NCBI GenBank assembly: GCA_965222225.1
Contig: CBDCTK010000002.1
Location: 1,728,001-1,792,000 of the forward strand
From: Candidatus Poribacteria bacterium
GTDB lineage: Bacteria; Poribacteria; WGA-4E; JAJDTR01
Length of the DNA stretch: 64,000 bases
Reading direction: 5' to 3'
This document shows, piece after piece, positions 30,924-41,823 of the stretch; position 1 is the stretch's first letter, and each line of letters begins with the position of its first letter. A program made the position numbers and the translations under genes. The notes below the pieces were generated by a model. The model was not told the DNA's origin, did not search any database, and saw only the letters and a list, made by a program, of their open reading frames with translations.

Positions 30924-32252
30924 CTATTTGCCGATGACCATCTTTCGCATTGCACTAAACTCTTTGGTCTCGATTGAGTAGAAGTATACTCCGCTTGTAA
31001 CCAATTCTCCAGCATCGTTCCGCCCATCCCAGTGGGCGGCTTGAGAGTATTCGACATATCTTCCCGCATGACGGTGACCGATTTCAAGACGCCTTACCGG
31101 CTGCCCAAGAACGTTATAAATGAGTATCGTCACTTCTGCCGAGTTGGCAAGATCATACGGAATCCACGTTTCCGGGTTGAAAGGATTTGGATAATTTGGC
31201 AGTAACATCGATTCAGACGGAATTTCTCCACTGGTTGCGAGCCATTGACGCAATAATTTTGCGGGAAGAAGCATCTGCGGATCTGTGTCGGATAGATTCT
31301 CCAGTTCAGTCAGCGCGATACGCCTGCGCATACCGGCATCTCGGTCCGTTAATCTCATGCTTAGGTGCTGTGTTGCTCCGAAATTCTTAGAATTCAGTGC
31401 AACGAGCGGTGGCGCCGCCGCGACGGTGGCTTCACCGAAATGACTGGCAACGAGCACGAGGTCAAAAATATTGACAGTTCCGTTTCCGTCAATATCTCCG
31501 GAAAGTCCTTGCGCTGTCTGACCAAATTGGGATGCAACGCCTACCAAGTCGAAAATATTAACCGCTCCGTTCTTGTCCAAATCCCACGGCGGGTAGTCTA
31601 TATAGGTGAACTGAATTGATGCCGATCGGCTATCGGGATTCGTAGCAATGACCTCAACAACGCCCCTAGATCCCGGGGGAACAGTAACAGAAAGTTCCGT
31701 ATCTGACGCAAGAACGACATTGTTAGCCTCAATTCCACCAAATGTGACGGCTACACCCTCATGGAAATTTTCACCTATGATTTGAACAGTTGTCCCACCC
31801 GACGCCAGCGCATTATCCGGAATTACGTTAGTCAAACTTAGTTCCGGGATAATCTGGAGACTAATGTTTACAACCCCAGTTTGTCCCGCATCGTCAAAGT
31901 CGCCTTGGACAACTGTATATGTTTCTTCCGCAACAACCTTCCCTTCTTGTTTAACGCTAACCTTGATTTCATCACCTACGTCGGCTACGCTTCCACCGCG
32001 AAAATTAATAAAGGTGGCGGCATAGGCGCCTCGCCCACTGTCACCGGTGACTTGCGTGAGCATTAGCTTCTTTGTTGCATTCGAAACGGTAACTTCTAGT
32101 CCATCAAGTGGCAAATCATTTGCATCTGTCACTTGGCCGCTAACTATAAAAATACTAGCTGTGTTGCCAATCATCGGGATACTCAACCCAAGTATAACAA
32201 GTCCTACGTAAAACCAGCGAATCCCGTGTCTCATTTTGCCTTCCTTTCTCAT
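30924..32252 (-). CDS. Secreted protein with IPT/TIG, dockerin-like and T9SS type-A/FlgD-like C-terminal sorting domains
   Basis: Signal peptide; GGTTVQIIGENF (TIG); DLDKNGAVNIFDL x2 (dockerin); LLPNYPNPFNPETWIPY...WDGRNDAGE.V.SGVYFY...RKMVI.K. Confidence 0.85.
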   Translation of the reverse strand: MRKEGKMRHGIRWFYVGLVILGLSIPMIGNTASIFIVSGQVTDANDLPLDGLEVTVSNATKKLMLTQVTGDSGRGAYAATFINFRGGSVADVGDEIKVSVKQEGKVVAEETYTVVQGDFDDAGQTGVVNISLQIIPELSLTNVIPDNALASGGTTVQIIGENFHEGVAVTFGGIEANNVVLASDTELSVTVPPGSRGVVEVIATNPDSRSASIQFTYIDYPPWDLDKNGAVNIFDLVGVASQFGQTAQGLSGDIDGNGTVNIFDLVLVASHFGEATVAAAPPLVALNSKNFGATQHLSMRLTDRDAGMRRRIALTELENLSDTDPQMLLPAKLLRQWLATSGEIPSESMLLPNYPNPFNPETWIPYDLANSAEVTILIYNVLGQPVRRLEIGHRHAGRYVEYSQAAHWDGRNDAGELVTSGVYFYSIETKEFSAMRKMVIGK

Positions 32253-32511
32253 TGAGTGTTTAATTGGGTTCGTATTTTTCCGCCAATTTCCTGACCGATG
32301 AAACCTAACCCCGTATCAAGTGACGAACCTCTATCATCTCGATTGGCAATGAGGTGTTTCAATAGCCTTGATTATAACACTTATTCGCCCGGCAATGCCA
32401 GCAATCCATGAGGAGTCGCCAGCAGTTTACTATTTGTGCTGTTCCCAATATCAACGAAGGATTGTTAGGATGGTTTCCCTCGAAAGCACGACGATTTAGA
32501 GCCCTGAAAGT

Positions 32512-32784
32512 CTAGCGACCTCCAATCCACTGTCTGAATGCTCTCCAAGCCAACTTGCGTTTGAGCACTGAAGCGTTGATTTGATGGACAAACAGTTGCT
32601 TGCCATCCATTTCCAATACCGGAATGATGTTCTTGTACTTTGTGAACAAGCCCATACTTGTCGTAATATTCGTCTCTTCCACCTCAATTGAGGACTCCAT
32701 TGCTATTTTTTCCAAAGCGGCTTTAGCTTTGTCACACAGCGGGCAGTCGGGTTTTGTGAATAATCGCAGTTTGGTTGGAAGCAT
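32512..32784 (-). CDS. Glutaredoxin-like protein (DUF836)
   Basis: FTKPDCPLCD, YKNIIPVL. Confidence 0.8.
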   Translation of the reverse strand: MLPTKLRLFTKPDCPLCDKAKAALEKIAMESSIEVEETNITTSMGLFTKYKNIIPVLEMDGKQLFVHQINASVLKRKLAWRAFRQWIGGR

Positions 32785-32915
32785 TTTTCAGGATACAGCC
32801 TTGGCGGGGTATTGCCTGCCAATGTGCCCTAGATTGCAAAACCGCGAACAGATTGACAATGTGCGAACAGTCGCATAGAAGGCGTAACAACAAAAGTAAT
32901 GGTGAATACGTCAAG

Positions 32916-33854
32916 CTAAAAGTTCGAAATCAGCGAAAATCGGTGCGTTGGGCCTAGTCTGCCAAACGAAACGAAGGCGTAGTCAATATGGAAACTTTCA
33001 ATCCTAAACCCAACGCCACCTGTTATTCCAGAAGCAGTTCCCAAATCGTTTCCGCCAACTCGGTATTTATAGCCGGCACGCAGGTGGAGTAACTCTGAGA
33101 CAGCAACCGCAACTCCCAACCCGGTCGTTATATTGTTGTCTGAAGGACGATTTACATCAGCAACGATTGTAAAGTTATCTTCCGGTAATTTGTATGCCCC
33201 TCCAACCTTTATATTGAAAGGAAGGCTAAAGGAGTCTTCGATATACTTGGCTTGAGTCCCTAGATGTTGTAGGTTGAATCCGAAGGAAAGAGGATGATTC
33301 GAAAGTGTGTATAACCCTCCCACATCAAACGCTAACGCTTGGGCGCTCTCTGTGTCAATCTCTTCACGTACCCATTTTACATTTGCTCCAAAAGCCATGC
33401 TTGAGCCAATGCGGCGAGCATACGAGAGAACTAGCGCCAGGTCATAAGGTCGAAACACTTGCGTTTCTTTGCCATTCACATCACGCCCCTGTATTTCACC
33501 GAAGGACATATAAATTACGCTACCGCCAATGACTCCTGCTCCGCCAATCGGCTGTACGAATCCAAGGAATTCGTGATTAATACCTTCAAACCATTCGTTA
33601 TGCATTAACCCGAACTGCGGACGGTGTATTTTGGAAAGTCCGGCCGGGTTCCAATAGGAGGCGTAAAGGTCATTTGCTTCCGCGACCTGCGATTCGCCCA
33701 TACCAATCGCTTTGGCTCCAACGCCGATTTTCAAGAAGGCCATCGCACGTGTTCCAGTGTTTTGGTGAATCTCCGTAGCATTGACCATCATCGGTGAATA
33801 GACGAGGAAACCAAGTACAATTAGTAACCCTAACCACGGATTCTTCTTTAACAA
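32916..33854 (-). CDS. PorV/PorQ (FadL-like) family outer-membrane beta-barrel
   Basis: Signal peptide; AFLKIGVGAKAIGMGE, YWNPAGL, LRAGY, IDYAF, THRFSL, terminal Phe. Confidence 0.82.
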   Translation of the reverse strand: MLKKNPWLGLLIVLGFLVYSPMMVNATEIHQNTGTRAMAFLKIGVGAKAIGMGESQVAEANDLYASYWNPAGLSKIHRPQFGLMHNEWFEGINHEFLGFVQPIGGAGVIGGSVIYMSFGEIQGRDVNGKETQVFRPYDLALVLSYARRIGSSMAFGANVKWVREEIDTESAQALAFDVGGLYTLSNHPLSFGFNLQHLGTQAKYIEDSFSLPFNIKVGGAYKLPEDNFTIVADVNRPSDNNITTGLGVAVAVSELLHLRAGYKYRVGGNDLGTASGITGGVGFRIESFHIDYAFVSFGRLGPTHRFSLISNF

Positions 33855-34164
33855 GACAATTCGCTCCTCTATGCTTGATTCCTCGGCACTAGATCGCCAT
33901 TATAGCGTTTCAATGCAGTGTTGTCAATGTAATCTCAATAGCGGGGCAGGGGAAACGCATCTAAAATCCATTGCTGGTGTTACGAGTCTTGGTTCCCGAA
34001 TCCCGTTTCGGTGCTATAGCAGTTCTATTACAGTTACCAAATCGATCGGCAATCATCGAAACCGCTATTTTCTCTCTTTGCACCAGTCATTAAGAGCACC
34101 AAAGGCGCTCAAGGAAGCGAATAGCGACCGCGATAGAGATCTTCTAGTGAGTGCGATAGAGATC

Positions 34165-34325
34165 CCACAGGTGTATAGCAACGCGAATTCTCACACCGTC
34201 CAAAGCCCCAGCGGGGCGACACCGTGTAGATTGGGGTTGAACCGAAATCCATGAAAAATCGCGCAGACGGGCTTTTGAGGGTTGATTTCGTCTGAATGTG
34301 CCAAACCTTGAGTGAACCCCAACAC
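34165..34325. repeat. REP-like cluster
   Basis: CAGGTGTATAGCAA...GCCCC-AGC-GGGGC hairpin; GTAGATTGGGGTTGAACC...GAACCCCAAC pair. Confidence 0.45.
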
Positions 34326-34667
34326 TTCATCCCGCACAATCTCTGATTATCAAATTGAATCGGCAATTATTAAAACCACGATTCTCCTTCAATCCCCACT
34401 CATTGAAACTCCAGCCTAGAGGGAAGGGAGAGGCACCTTTACACCCCAAAATCAGGTGCGTTTCCCCTGAATAGCGGGCGGTAAAGATTTTCAAAACACG
34501 TGTACGTTCCCAACCGAGTTCCTTTGTCCCTTTCGCAGATATAACACACTCATATTGCGATTTTGTGAATTTAGACATCAGTGCAATGCACGGTTGTGCA
34601 CCGAAACATATACAAGCGTTCAAAGGGAACTTGCGCCGTTGACAATCAATTGGATTTATTATTTACT

Positions 34668-34823
34668 AACGCAAGTTGCTACCTATAACAGAGAAACCGA
34701 GTTTTTGGTTCACGATCGCAAAACTAATAGGTAAATTGGTCTGATTTTCATCAATATCGTGTTTCCACGTTGGAAAAAACTCGGTTTCTGTGCCCCTGTC
34801 GGACAAAGGTAGTAACTTGGGTT
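34668..34823. mobile_element. 156-bp MITE (family C) with 17-bp TIRs and 7-bp target-site duplication
   Basis: AACGCAAGTTGCTACCT / AGGTAGTAACTTGGGTT (15/17); direct repeat ATTTACT at 34661-34667 and 34824-34830; internal inverted pair AGAAACCGAGTTTTT (34692) / AAAAACTCGGTTTCT (34775). Confidence 0.8.
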
Positions 34824-35952
34824 ATTTACTTAAGAAGATATATGTAGAGGTGGTAGCAATCGAGATGACACTTAGAACAAACGACCAGTCAATATGAAAC
34901 CGTTTTCCAACCTCCAGCGAATCACCAGGGTATAGTAAAGTCTTGAAACCTGCTGAATCTTCATCATCTTCCCAGTCCAATATAATCTCTTCAATCGTCC
35001 CGTCTTTTCGCCAAACTTTCACCTCTCCGCGCTTGGCGAATTCTTCGAAGCCTCCAGCTCTTGAGATCGCCTCTCGAGGGGAGATTGGTTTGCCGATGCG
35101 ATAGGGACCCGGATTGCGTACATAACCAAGCACATGAACCGGATTAATTTTGTAAGCGCTAGGTATATACATCGTGTCGCCATCCCTTAGATAATACCCC
35201 TCCTCTTCTACTTGTGGGTTTTTCCAAAATTCCTCACCTAGGTTTAGCTCAATTATCTCGCCACTCTTTCGGACAATGACCACCGAGGTGAGATCGGCGA
35301 CATCATCCGGTCCGCTCACCGGTCCGCCCGCTTGTACCAATGCGCGATCAATTCGAATCTTTTCACGAACAAGGAGTCGTCCAGGTTTCAAAACCTGACC
35401 GTTTACTTGGACACTGGCGAGCGCTGAAACAAATATTATGTCGCCATCTTCAATTAAAATCTCGCGATATTCCTGGTCTGGCGACAGGTCGTAAACCTCA
35501 ATACACTTATCCGCACGAATAACCTTCACGTTTTCCCGATCTGCTCCTCCACTCATCCCACCCGCTTTTGCCAATGCATCATACAGTCCGATTTTGTCGT
35601 GAAGTGGTAGTGCAAAGCGGTTTGTCACGGTTACTTCTCCCCATACCAGAAACCCTCTTCCGTGAAGAGGGTCTATTATAACAATAGGATTTTGAGTCCG
35701 CCCATAATTCGTAATTCGATCGCGAATCAAATCCGCAGCATCCACAAGACTTTTTCCCGCAAGATGCAGCTCTCCCCCGAAATATATAATATGTCCATCA
35801 CGTCTAACTTGTAGGTTACGACCGTATGCAGGGTGGTCCAAGACAACAATGGAGAGCGTATCTCCGGGTTCGATTCTATAAGTTTCGCCGAGTGAGATAG
35901 ACACGGGCAAAGCCAGAATGGTTAGAATCCAGATTAAGCGCGAAGGTGTCAT
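34822..35952 (-). CDS. Polysaccharide export protein (Wza/KpsD-like, Poly_export + SLBB domains)
   Basis: YRIEPGDTL, VRRDG.I, repeated GEV/GQVLKPG/GYVRNPG and A.AGG SLBB units. Start taken at ATG 35952; the ORF is open further upstream. Confidence 0.8.
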   Translation of the reverse strand: MTPSRLIWILTILALPVSISLGETYRIEPGDTLSIVVLDHPAYGRNLQVRRDGHIIYFGGELHLAGKSLVDAADLIRDRITNYGRTQNPIVIIDPLHGRGFLVWGEVTVTNRFALPLHDKIGLYDALAKAGGMSGGADRENVKVIRADKCIEVYDLSPDQEYREILIEDGDIIFVSALASVQVNGQVLKPGRLLVREKIRIDRALVQAGGPVSGPDDVADLTSVVIVRKSGEIIELNLGEEFWKNPQVEEEGYYLRDGDTMYIPSAYKINPVHVLGYVRNPGPYRIGKPISPREAISRAGGFEEFAKRGEVKVWRKDGTIEEIILDWEDDEDSAGFKTLLYPGDSLEVGKRFHIDWSFVLSVISIATTSTYIFLSK

Positions 35953-35977
35953 TAGTGTGTAAAATCTCCTTATAAAT

Positions 35978-36358
35978 TCAGGTCGTATCGTTTTCTGCAT
36001 CCGAATCTTCCGATTGGTCAGCCGGTAGAGAAGCAAGATATAGTTCGATAAGATCTCTCGCCCTTCCGAAATCTTCCGGATGGACAAGAATATCACCCCA
36101 GTCGGGCGAAAAATCACCTTGCACGCTCCCTACCGATGGCATCTCGTGTGACCGCAAAGCCGTTTCAATTCCACCATTCTCCAAGACGCCTTTCAAGATA
36201 TTTCCCAAGATTTCACTTGAAACAGATTGGACAATCTTCCAGTCAACGTACTCAACACCCGCGTCCAGTGACAATTCCGCGACGAGATCTGTTCCGCAGT
36301 CAGTACAATTCAGAATCCCTTCATTAAATTCGGACCTGCATTGTGGGCAAAACGGCAT
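35978..36358 (-). CDS. Zinc-ribbon + DUF2007 (putative signal-transducing) protein
   Basis: MPFCPQCRSEF....CTDCG; LKGVLENGGI...ILVHPEDF.RAR. Confidence 0.75.
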   Translation of the reverse strand: MPFCPQCRSEFNEGILNCTDCGTDLVAELSLDAGVEYVDWKIVQSVSSEILGNILKGVLENGGIETALRSHEMPSVGSVQGDFSPDWGDILVHPEDFGRARDLIELYLASLPADQSEDSDAENDTT

Positions 36359-36555
36359 AAGGCACCTTACTTTAACTGTGACAAGCCAATTGAAAATACT
36401 GGATTGGGAATAGGGATTCGGATACACAGTGTAGCTGCGTACGTGTTTTACTCTTTATCCGAATTATATCCGAGATTATCGCGTTTGAAAAGAGTGAATT
36501 CAAAACGAGAATCGAACTCAGGCATCAAGTGGGGCACAACCGATTCTTACGGTAA

Positions 36556-37617
36556 TTAGTTTGGAATCTTCCCTGACATCTTCATTTCGTGTTTGTGATG
36601 ACGCCGTTTCTTAATTAGTCCATAGATACCCAGAGGAATGCAGTAGAGTAGGATGATGAGATGTAGACTAAATCCAGCGACGATAGCCAGTTCTTTTTGT
36701 GTTCCGAAGCGCATTAACACCCACGCGAAGGGGAATTCCACTGTTCCAAAATTGCCAATACTCTGCACAGGCAACAGGTTAAAGATGCTAGTGAATGCCA
36801 AAGCAAAGGTTAAACGAACCACGGAAATATCAATCCCCATCTCACGTGCAAGGTAGCACTGGAATCCGAAACGAATTCCCAAACCGAGGAGAGAATATCC
36901 CCAAATCTTGGAGAAACGCCAGTTAAAACGGATATTCGTCAATTCATGAATGACCCTAAGGCATTTGTTCACTAACCATGTAATAGGTCGCTTTTCGAAA
37001 TATAGCAAAGGTTTAGCACAGAGGGAAGCGATAGCGATGCATGCGTTGGGTGCGGTGCACGCCGTAGAAAGCAAAATTGCCAATGCGCAGAACATCATGA
37101 GGGGTGCTATAAAGAGAATCGTGTAAGATAGTTCTTCACTAAAGCTAGAGCGGAGCAACCAACCTGTGCCAACCATAAAAGCCAGTAGTAACATCAGATC
37201 GATGATGCTCGCCAACATCAACGATGCGACACTTTTTGTTTCATCTACCCCTTCCCTCCGCTTCATTAAGTAGATATATGAAAGGTCTCCACTGCGCATC
37301 GGCAGTAGGTTACCCCAAAATGTATGCAACGCGAGGATTGGGGCGAGCTGCTTAACCGGAACATCCAACTCAAGCAACTCACGAAAACGAAGGGCTTTCG
37401 ACCAAACCAATAACGAATACAGGATAAACCCGACAATGAGCGCCAAAACCGGCGCTCGTCCAAGCGTGTTCGGAATCTGTTGAATCGAGATTTCTTTTAA
37501 GAGGAAGTAGCAAACAATGAGCGCAATTGATGTTGGGAAAAGTGCTTTAGTGAGGTACGTTCTTATTGTCATACCAATGAGTGTTTGTCGGTACAAACCG
37601 TTAGCAATCCCATGCAT
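36556..37617 (-). CDS. Lysylphosphatidylglycerol synthase TM-domain / flippase-like membrane protein
   Basis: KALRF, NLLPMRSGDL, LLPVQSIGNFGTVE; polytopic. Confidence 0.8.
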   Translation of the reverse strand: MHGIANGLYRQTLIGMTIRTYLTKALFPTSIALIVCYFLLKEISIQQIPNTLGRAPVLALIVGFILYSLLVWSKALRFRELLELDVPVKQLAPILALHTFWGNLLPMRSGDLSYIYLMKRREGVDETKSVASLMLASIIDLMLLLAFMVGTGWLLRSSFSEELSYTILFIAPLMMFCALAILLSTACTAPNACIAIASLCAKPLLYFEKRPITWLVNKCLRVIHELTNIRFNWRFSKIWGYSLLGLGIRFGFQCYLAREMGIDISVVRLTFALAFTSIFNLLPVQSIGNFGTVEFPFAWVLMRFGTQKELAIVAGFSLHLIILLYCIPLGIYGLIKKRRHHKHEMKMSGKIPN

Positions 37618-37817
37618 TTAGATAGAATGCCCCACCCTTCGACGAGCGTTACTACTGTTCGACACAGTCTACACTCCTTGTATCGAATTTAGAGATAGTC
37701 ACTATCCTCACCCGGCTATTAATGTGAAGAAGTTTTCCCTCTAATCGCTAGGATTATCCAGCCCTTTCCAAAACATTGTCTTCGCACAGGGGTATTCATG
37801 AACCGTCTACTGATTTG

Positions 37818-37887
37818 ATTATATCACACCCCCAAACAAATGCAATGGAATTTAAGGATTGACGCACGTTACAAGCGGTGCTATCCT
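37818..37887. promoter_or_regulatory. Divergent sigma70 promoters (flippase operon on minus, mutS on plus)
   Basis: Minus: TTGCAT-16-TATAAT (37845-37818). Plus: TTGACG-17-TATCCT (37859-37887). Both have extended -10 TG. Confidence 0.5.
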
Positions 37888-37951
37888 ATTTGGCAGCGAA
37901 CTTACCATCAATTCCCGAATCGTTAATTCTTGTAGATGTCGCAATCGAAAA

Positions 37952-40621
37952 ATGGCAAGACACCAACAAATCTCCCCGTTAATGGAGCAATACAAACGCT
38001 TGAAAGATCAGCACGCCGACGCAATTCTGCTGTGCCGCGTTGGCGATTTCTATGAGGCGTTTTACGATGACGCGGAATTGATTTCGCGCGTGCTGGAAAT
38101 CACACTTACTTCCAGAGATAAAGATAGCCAGGATGGACCGATACCCATGGCGGGCGTACCGCACCACGCTCTCGACTCGTATCTTTACAAACTGGTGATG
38201 GCAGGCCATAAAGTGGCGATTTCCGAGCAGATGGAAGATCCGAAAGCGGCAAAAGGCATAGTCAAGCGAGACGTTGTCCGAATCGTGACTCCCGGAACAC
38301 TTACCGATCCAAAGGCGTTGGAACAGAAGGCTAACAATTACTTGGTCGCAATCTATCAACTCAGAGACGTTTACGGTCTCGCCGCCGCCGATCTCTCCAC
38401 CGGGGAATTTACAGTGACCGAGTTGATGGACGCACCAAAACTCTGGGCGGAGCTACATCGGTTCGCCCCCAAGGAGTGCCTTTTCTCTGAATCATTCGAC
38501 GATGGAGAAATGTTTGAGCGCCTTCGCACAAACTTCAAGGCTGTCGTCAATTTTCTGCCCGACTGGCGTTTTGCGTTCGATAGTGCGCGAGTTGAACTTC
38601 TCCAACATTTCAAGACACTCTCGCTTGATGGTTACGGTTGCGAACATCTTCACGCCGCAATTTGTGCCGCGGGCGCCTTAATATATTACCTGCATGAAAC
38701 ACAGAAGCAGGAGGTTGAACATATTCTCTCGCTTCACACCTACACAATCTCCAACTTCATGGTACTGGATGCCGACACTCAGCGAAATCTGGAATTGACA
38801 TCGTCCCTTCGTGATGCTTCTTCCAGAGGCACGCTCTTGGAAGTTTTGGACGAAACCGTTACGCCAATGGGCGGACGCAAGCTACGTCAGTGTATCTTGC
38901 AACCTCTATTGAAACCGGCGGAAGTCAATGCTCGGTTAGATGCAGTGGGTGAGTTGAAAGATCGCATAGGTTTGCAAGAAGAATTGCGCGAAGCGTTAAA
39001 TGGAATGTACGATATTGAGCGTTTAATCTCCCGGGTTAGCTTGGGATCCGCAAACGCACGCGATCTTCTCGCCTTGAAAAACTCACTGCAACTGATTCCC
39101 ACAGTCAAAGAACAACTACAAGCTTGCGAAACCGCATTGCTCAAATCCATGAATGAGGAGCTGGATCCATTGACGGAGCTGAGCGACCTAATTGAGGCTG
39201 CGATACATCCGGAGCCACCCGCAACCGTGCGTGAAGGCAGATTAATCCGTGACGGACACAGCGAGCAGTTAGATGAATTGCGAAGCATAACCGGTGAAGG
39301 TAAAGATTGGATAGCATCGCTGCAGCAGAAGGAACGTGAGAAGACCGGAATCACCTCTCTCAAGATCGGTTTTAACCAAGTCTTCGGATATTACATAGAA
39401 GTCACGAATAGAAATCTAAATCTTATTCCCGAGGACTATATCCGCAAACAAACATTGGTAAATGCAGAACGATTCATTACGCCGGAACTCAAGGAGCGCG
39501 AATCACGAATCCTGAACGCTGAAGATCAGATTCAAACGCTTGAATACGATCTTTTCTGTGAAATTCGCGGTCAAGTCGCTCGTAAAACCGAAAGTATTCA
39601 GCGAGTTGCTTCGGTCATTGCAATGATTGATGTCATTGCCGACTTAGCGTACACAGCCTCTAAATACGACTATTCAAAGCCGATTGTTGACGAGAGTGAT
39701 GAAATCATTATCCGAAACGGTCGTCACCCCGTAGTCGAGCGACTGTTTACTCAAGAGGGGTTTGTCCCGAACGACACGGAACTAAATTGTCGCGATCATC
39801 AGATGCACATTATCACAGGACCAAACATGAGCGGAAAAAGCACCTATCTACGGCAAACCGCACTTATCACGTTGTTGGCGCAGATGGGCAGTTTCGTGCC
39901 AGCATCAGCGGCGAAAATTGGTATAGTGGACCGAATATTTACCCGCGTTGGAGCATCCGATAACCTTGTCATGGGGCAGAGCACTTTTCTTGTGGAAATG
40001 AACGAGACCGCCAATATACTAAACAACGCCACCCGCAAGAGTCTTATCGTCCTTGACGAAATTGGCCGTGGTACGAGTACCTTCGACGGATTAAGCATTG
40101 CATGGGCAGTCTCAGAATACATCCTTGACGAGAAGCGGATTGGCGCAAAAACCCAGTTTGCCACCCATTATCATGAACTGATTGAGTTAGCCGGAAAGTA
40201 TAAGCCGGTCAAGAATTTCAACGTCGCCGTTCATGAGGATGGGCACGCTGTGACCTTTCTGCGAAAAGTTGTCAAGGGCGGAACCGATCAGAGTTACGGA
40301 ATTCAAGTTGCCCGACTGGCAGGTTTGCCGTGTGCAGTCATTGAACGGGCTCAGCAAATTTTGGAAGTCCTTGAACAGCACAACCTCAGTGTAGAATCTG
40401 AAGCTCCAAATCACCTACCTAGAACCAGCTCCAAAATGCCTCGTCCACGCAACCGCCTTTCAAGATCCGATTTTCAGGGAGATGAACTTCAGCTTGCCCT
40501 GTTTACTCCCAAAACCCACCCCATTATTGAGGAATTGCGGCAACTCGACCTCAACCAACTATCGCCACTTGACGCATTAAATCAGATTTACCAATTGAAA
40601 GCGAAAGCCGAGAACTCCTAA
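37952..40621 (+). CDS. mutS: DNA mismatch repair protein MutS
   Basis: PLMEQY, GDFYE, PMAGVP, TGPNMSGKSTYLRQ, STFLVEM, DEIGRGTST, ATHYHEL, SYGIQVA. Confidence 0.98.
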   Translation: MARHQQISPLMEQYKRLKDQHADAILLCRVGDFYEAFYDDAELISRVLEITLTSRDKDSQDGPIPMAGVPHHALDSYLYKLVMAGHKVAISEQMEDPKAAKGIVKRDVVRIVTPGTLTDPKALEQKANNYLVAIYQLRDVYGLAAADLSTGEFTVTELMDAPKLWAELHRFAPKECLFSESFDDGEMFERLRTNFKAVVNFLPDWRFAFDSARVELLQHFKTLSLDGYGCEHLHAAICAAGALIYYLHETQKQEVEHILSLHTYTISNFMVLDADTQRNLELTSSLRDASSRGTLLEVLDETVTPMGGRKLRQCILQPLLKPAEVNARLDAVGELKDRIGLQEELREALNGMYDIERLISRVSLGSANARDLLALKNSLQLIPTVKEQLQACETALLKSMNEELDPLTELSDLIEAAIHPEPPATVREGRLIRDGHSEQLDELRSITGEGKDWIASLQQKEREKTGITSLKIGFNQVFGYYIEVTNRNLNLIPEDYIRKQTLVNAERFITPELKERESRILNAEDQIQTLEYDLFCEIRGQVARKTESIQRVASVIAMIDVIADLAYTASKYDYSKPIVDESDEIIIRNGRHPVVERLFTQEGFVPNDTELNCRDHQMHIITGPNMSGKSTYLRQTALITLLAQMGSFVPASAAKIGIVDRIFTRVGASDNLVMGQSTFLVEMNETANILNNATRKSLIVLDEIGRGTSTFDGLSIAWAVSEYILDEKRIGAKTQFATHYHELIELAGKYKPVKNFNVAVHEDGHAVTFLRKVVKGGTDQSYGIQVARLAGLPCAVIERAQQILEVLEQHNLSVESEAPNHLPRTSSKMPRPRNRLSRSDFQGDELQLALFTPKTHPIIEELRQLDLNQLSPLDALNQIYQLKAKAENS

Positions 40622-40833
40622 GGGCTGCCCCCAAATAAAGTAGCGGGGAAGCTAGGCAGGGGTCGCCAAAACTACGGCGGTAGAGCATTGCTATCGCAGG
40701 ATTACCGTCTCGAATTGCAACTGAATAATGTACTAGGTCCCACAGACGAACCACGCGATGTATGGTTCACGTGTTTTACCTGCAATGTAGCGAGGTATCA
40801 GATTACTAGTCGTTATCACGAGGTCATAAAGCT

Positions 40834-41717
40834 ATGAATGAACAAGCTGAATTTGTGACGATGAGTGACCGAGAGAAATACGTATTCGATAAGGATTCCT
40901 TATTGTTCGATAGCTCCTAACGCCGGAAGAAATCCGCGCCTTCAACGAGGCGCTCCACGTAAATCCGGACAAACGCAGTGAATTTGGACCTCCGGGGCCA
41001 CAGAGAAAGCCGTTCTCAGGTCAGTTTGGCTCATATTCGTTTCGGATCAATATGATAGCTTGGGAACAACCGTGGTGCCAGCCGTTCCGCGATTTAATCG
41101 CGCATCGTAAACTTGTCCCGTATCTCAATACAATGATGGGCAGGGGGCGGAAGATAGATCGCTGCGTCGAAGTATTCACCATGAAGGAAGGGTGCGAAGG
41201 GCTCACCTTGCACGGTCATGGTAACCAAGATTTTAACGGGTCGCGTCATTATGTTTGCCAAAATGGGCGAATGCGTTGCGGGCTAATCGTGTGTCAATTC
41301 TATCTCACCGATGTCAATGGCGGCGGCAGTGGACTTTGCCACGTGCTCGGAAGCCATAAAGCCAACTTTCCATTTCCGATGGACAGAGGTCCACGAAATT
41401 TCAGAGAGTGGGAAACCTATAAAGACGTTGTCTGCCAACCGATTCTCAAGGCGGGAGATCTTATCATCTTCAATGGAGCGACAACGCACGGCGGACTTCC
41501 GAGGAAGGGCAAAACCGAGCGTCGCTGTATTCTCCACCGCTACACGCCAAAATATCTCTACTACGACAATGGCTACTACGAAACCAGCTTGCCTGAGTGG
41601 GTTTCAGAATTGACCGAAGCGCAGCAGGCTGTGTTGGAATCGCCCTACATCTTTAATCGCCCGTTAATTGAGGAGGATGGTATAACGGTCGTGCGACCAC
41701 AGCGTGAAGGCGAGTAA
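40834..41717 (+). pseudogene. Phytanoyl-CoA dioxygenase (PhyH) family pseudogene
   Basis: 5' part MNEQ..MSDREKYVFD/GFLIVR*LLTPEE is broken by a frameshift and a stop. The 3' ORF 41052-41717 has LHG, GSHKANF, KAGDLIIF..ATTHG. Confidence 0.7.
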
Positions 41718-41823
41718 AAAAGAACGATTCGGAAAACCGGCATGGGGAGTACCGAAGCTGCGTAACTCACAATGACGGTGTGTCGAAATGTGATCCGCCA
41801 AACCTTGGGAAACCTAGATCTAG

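Noticed and set aside
34109-34623. Minus-strand ORFs of 85 and 98 aa
   Set aside because: They overlap repeat-rich sequence and have no RBS or recognisable motifs.
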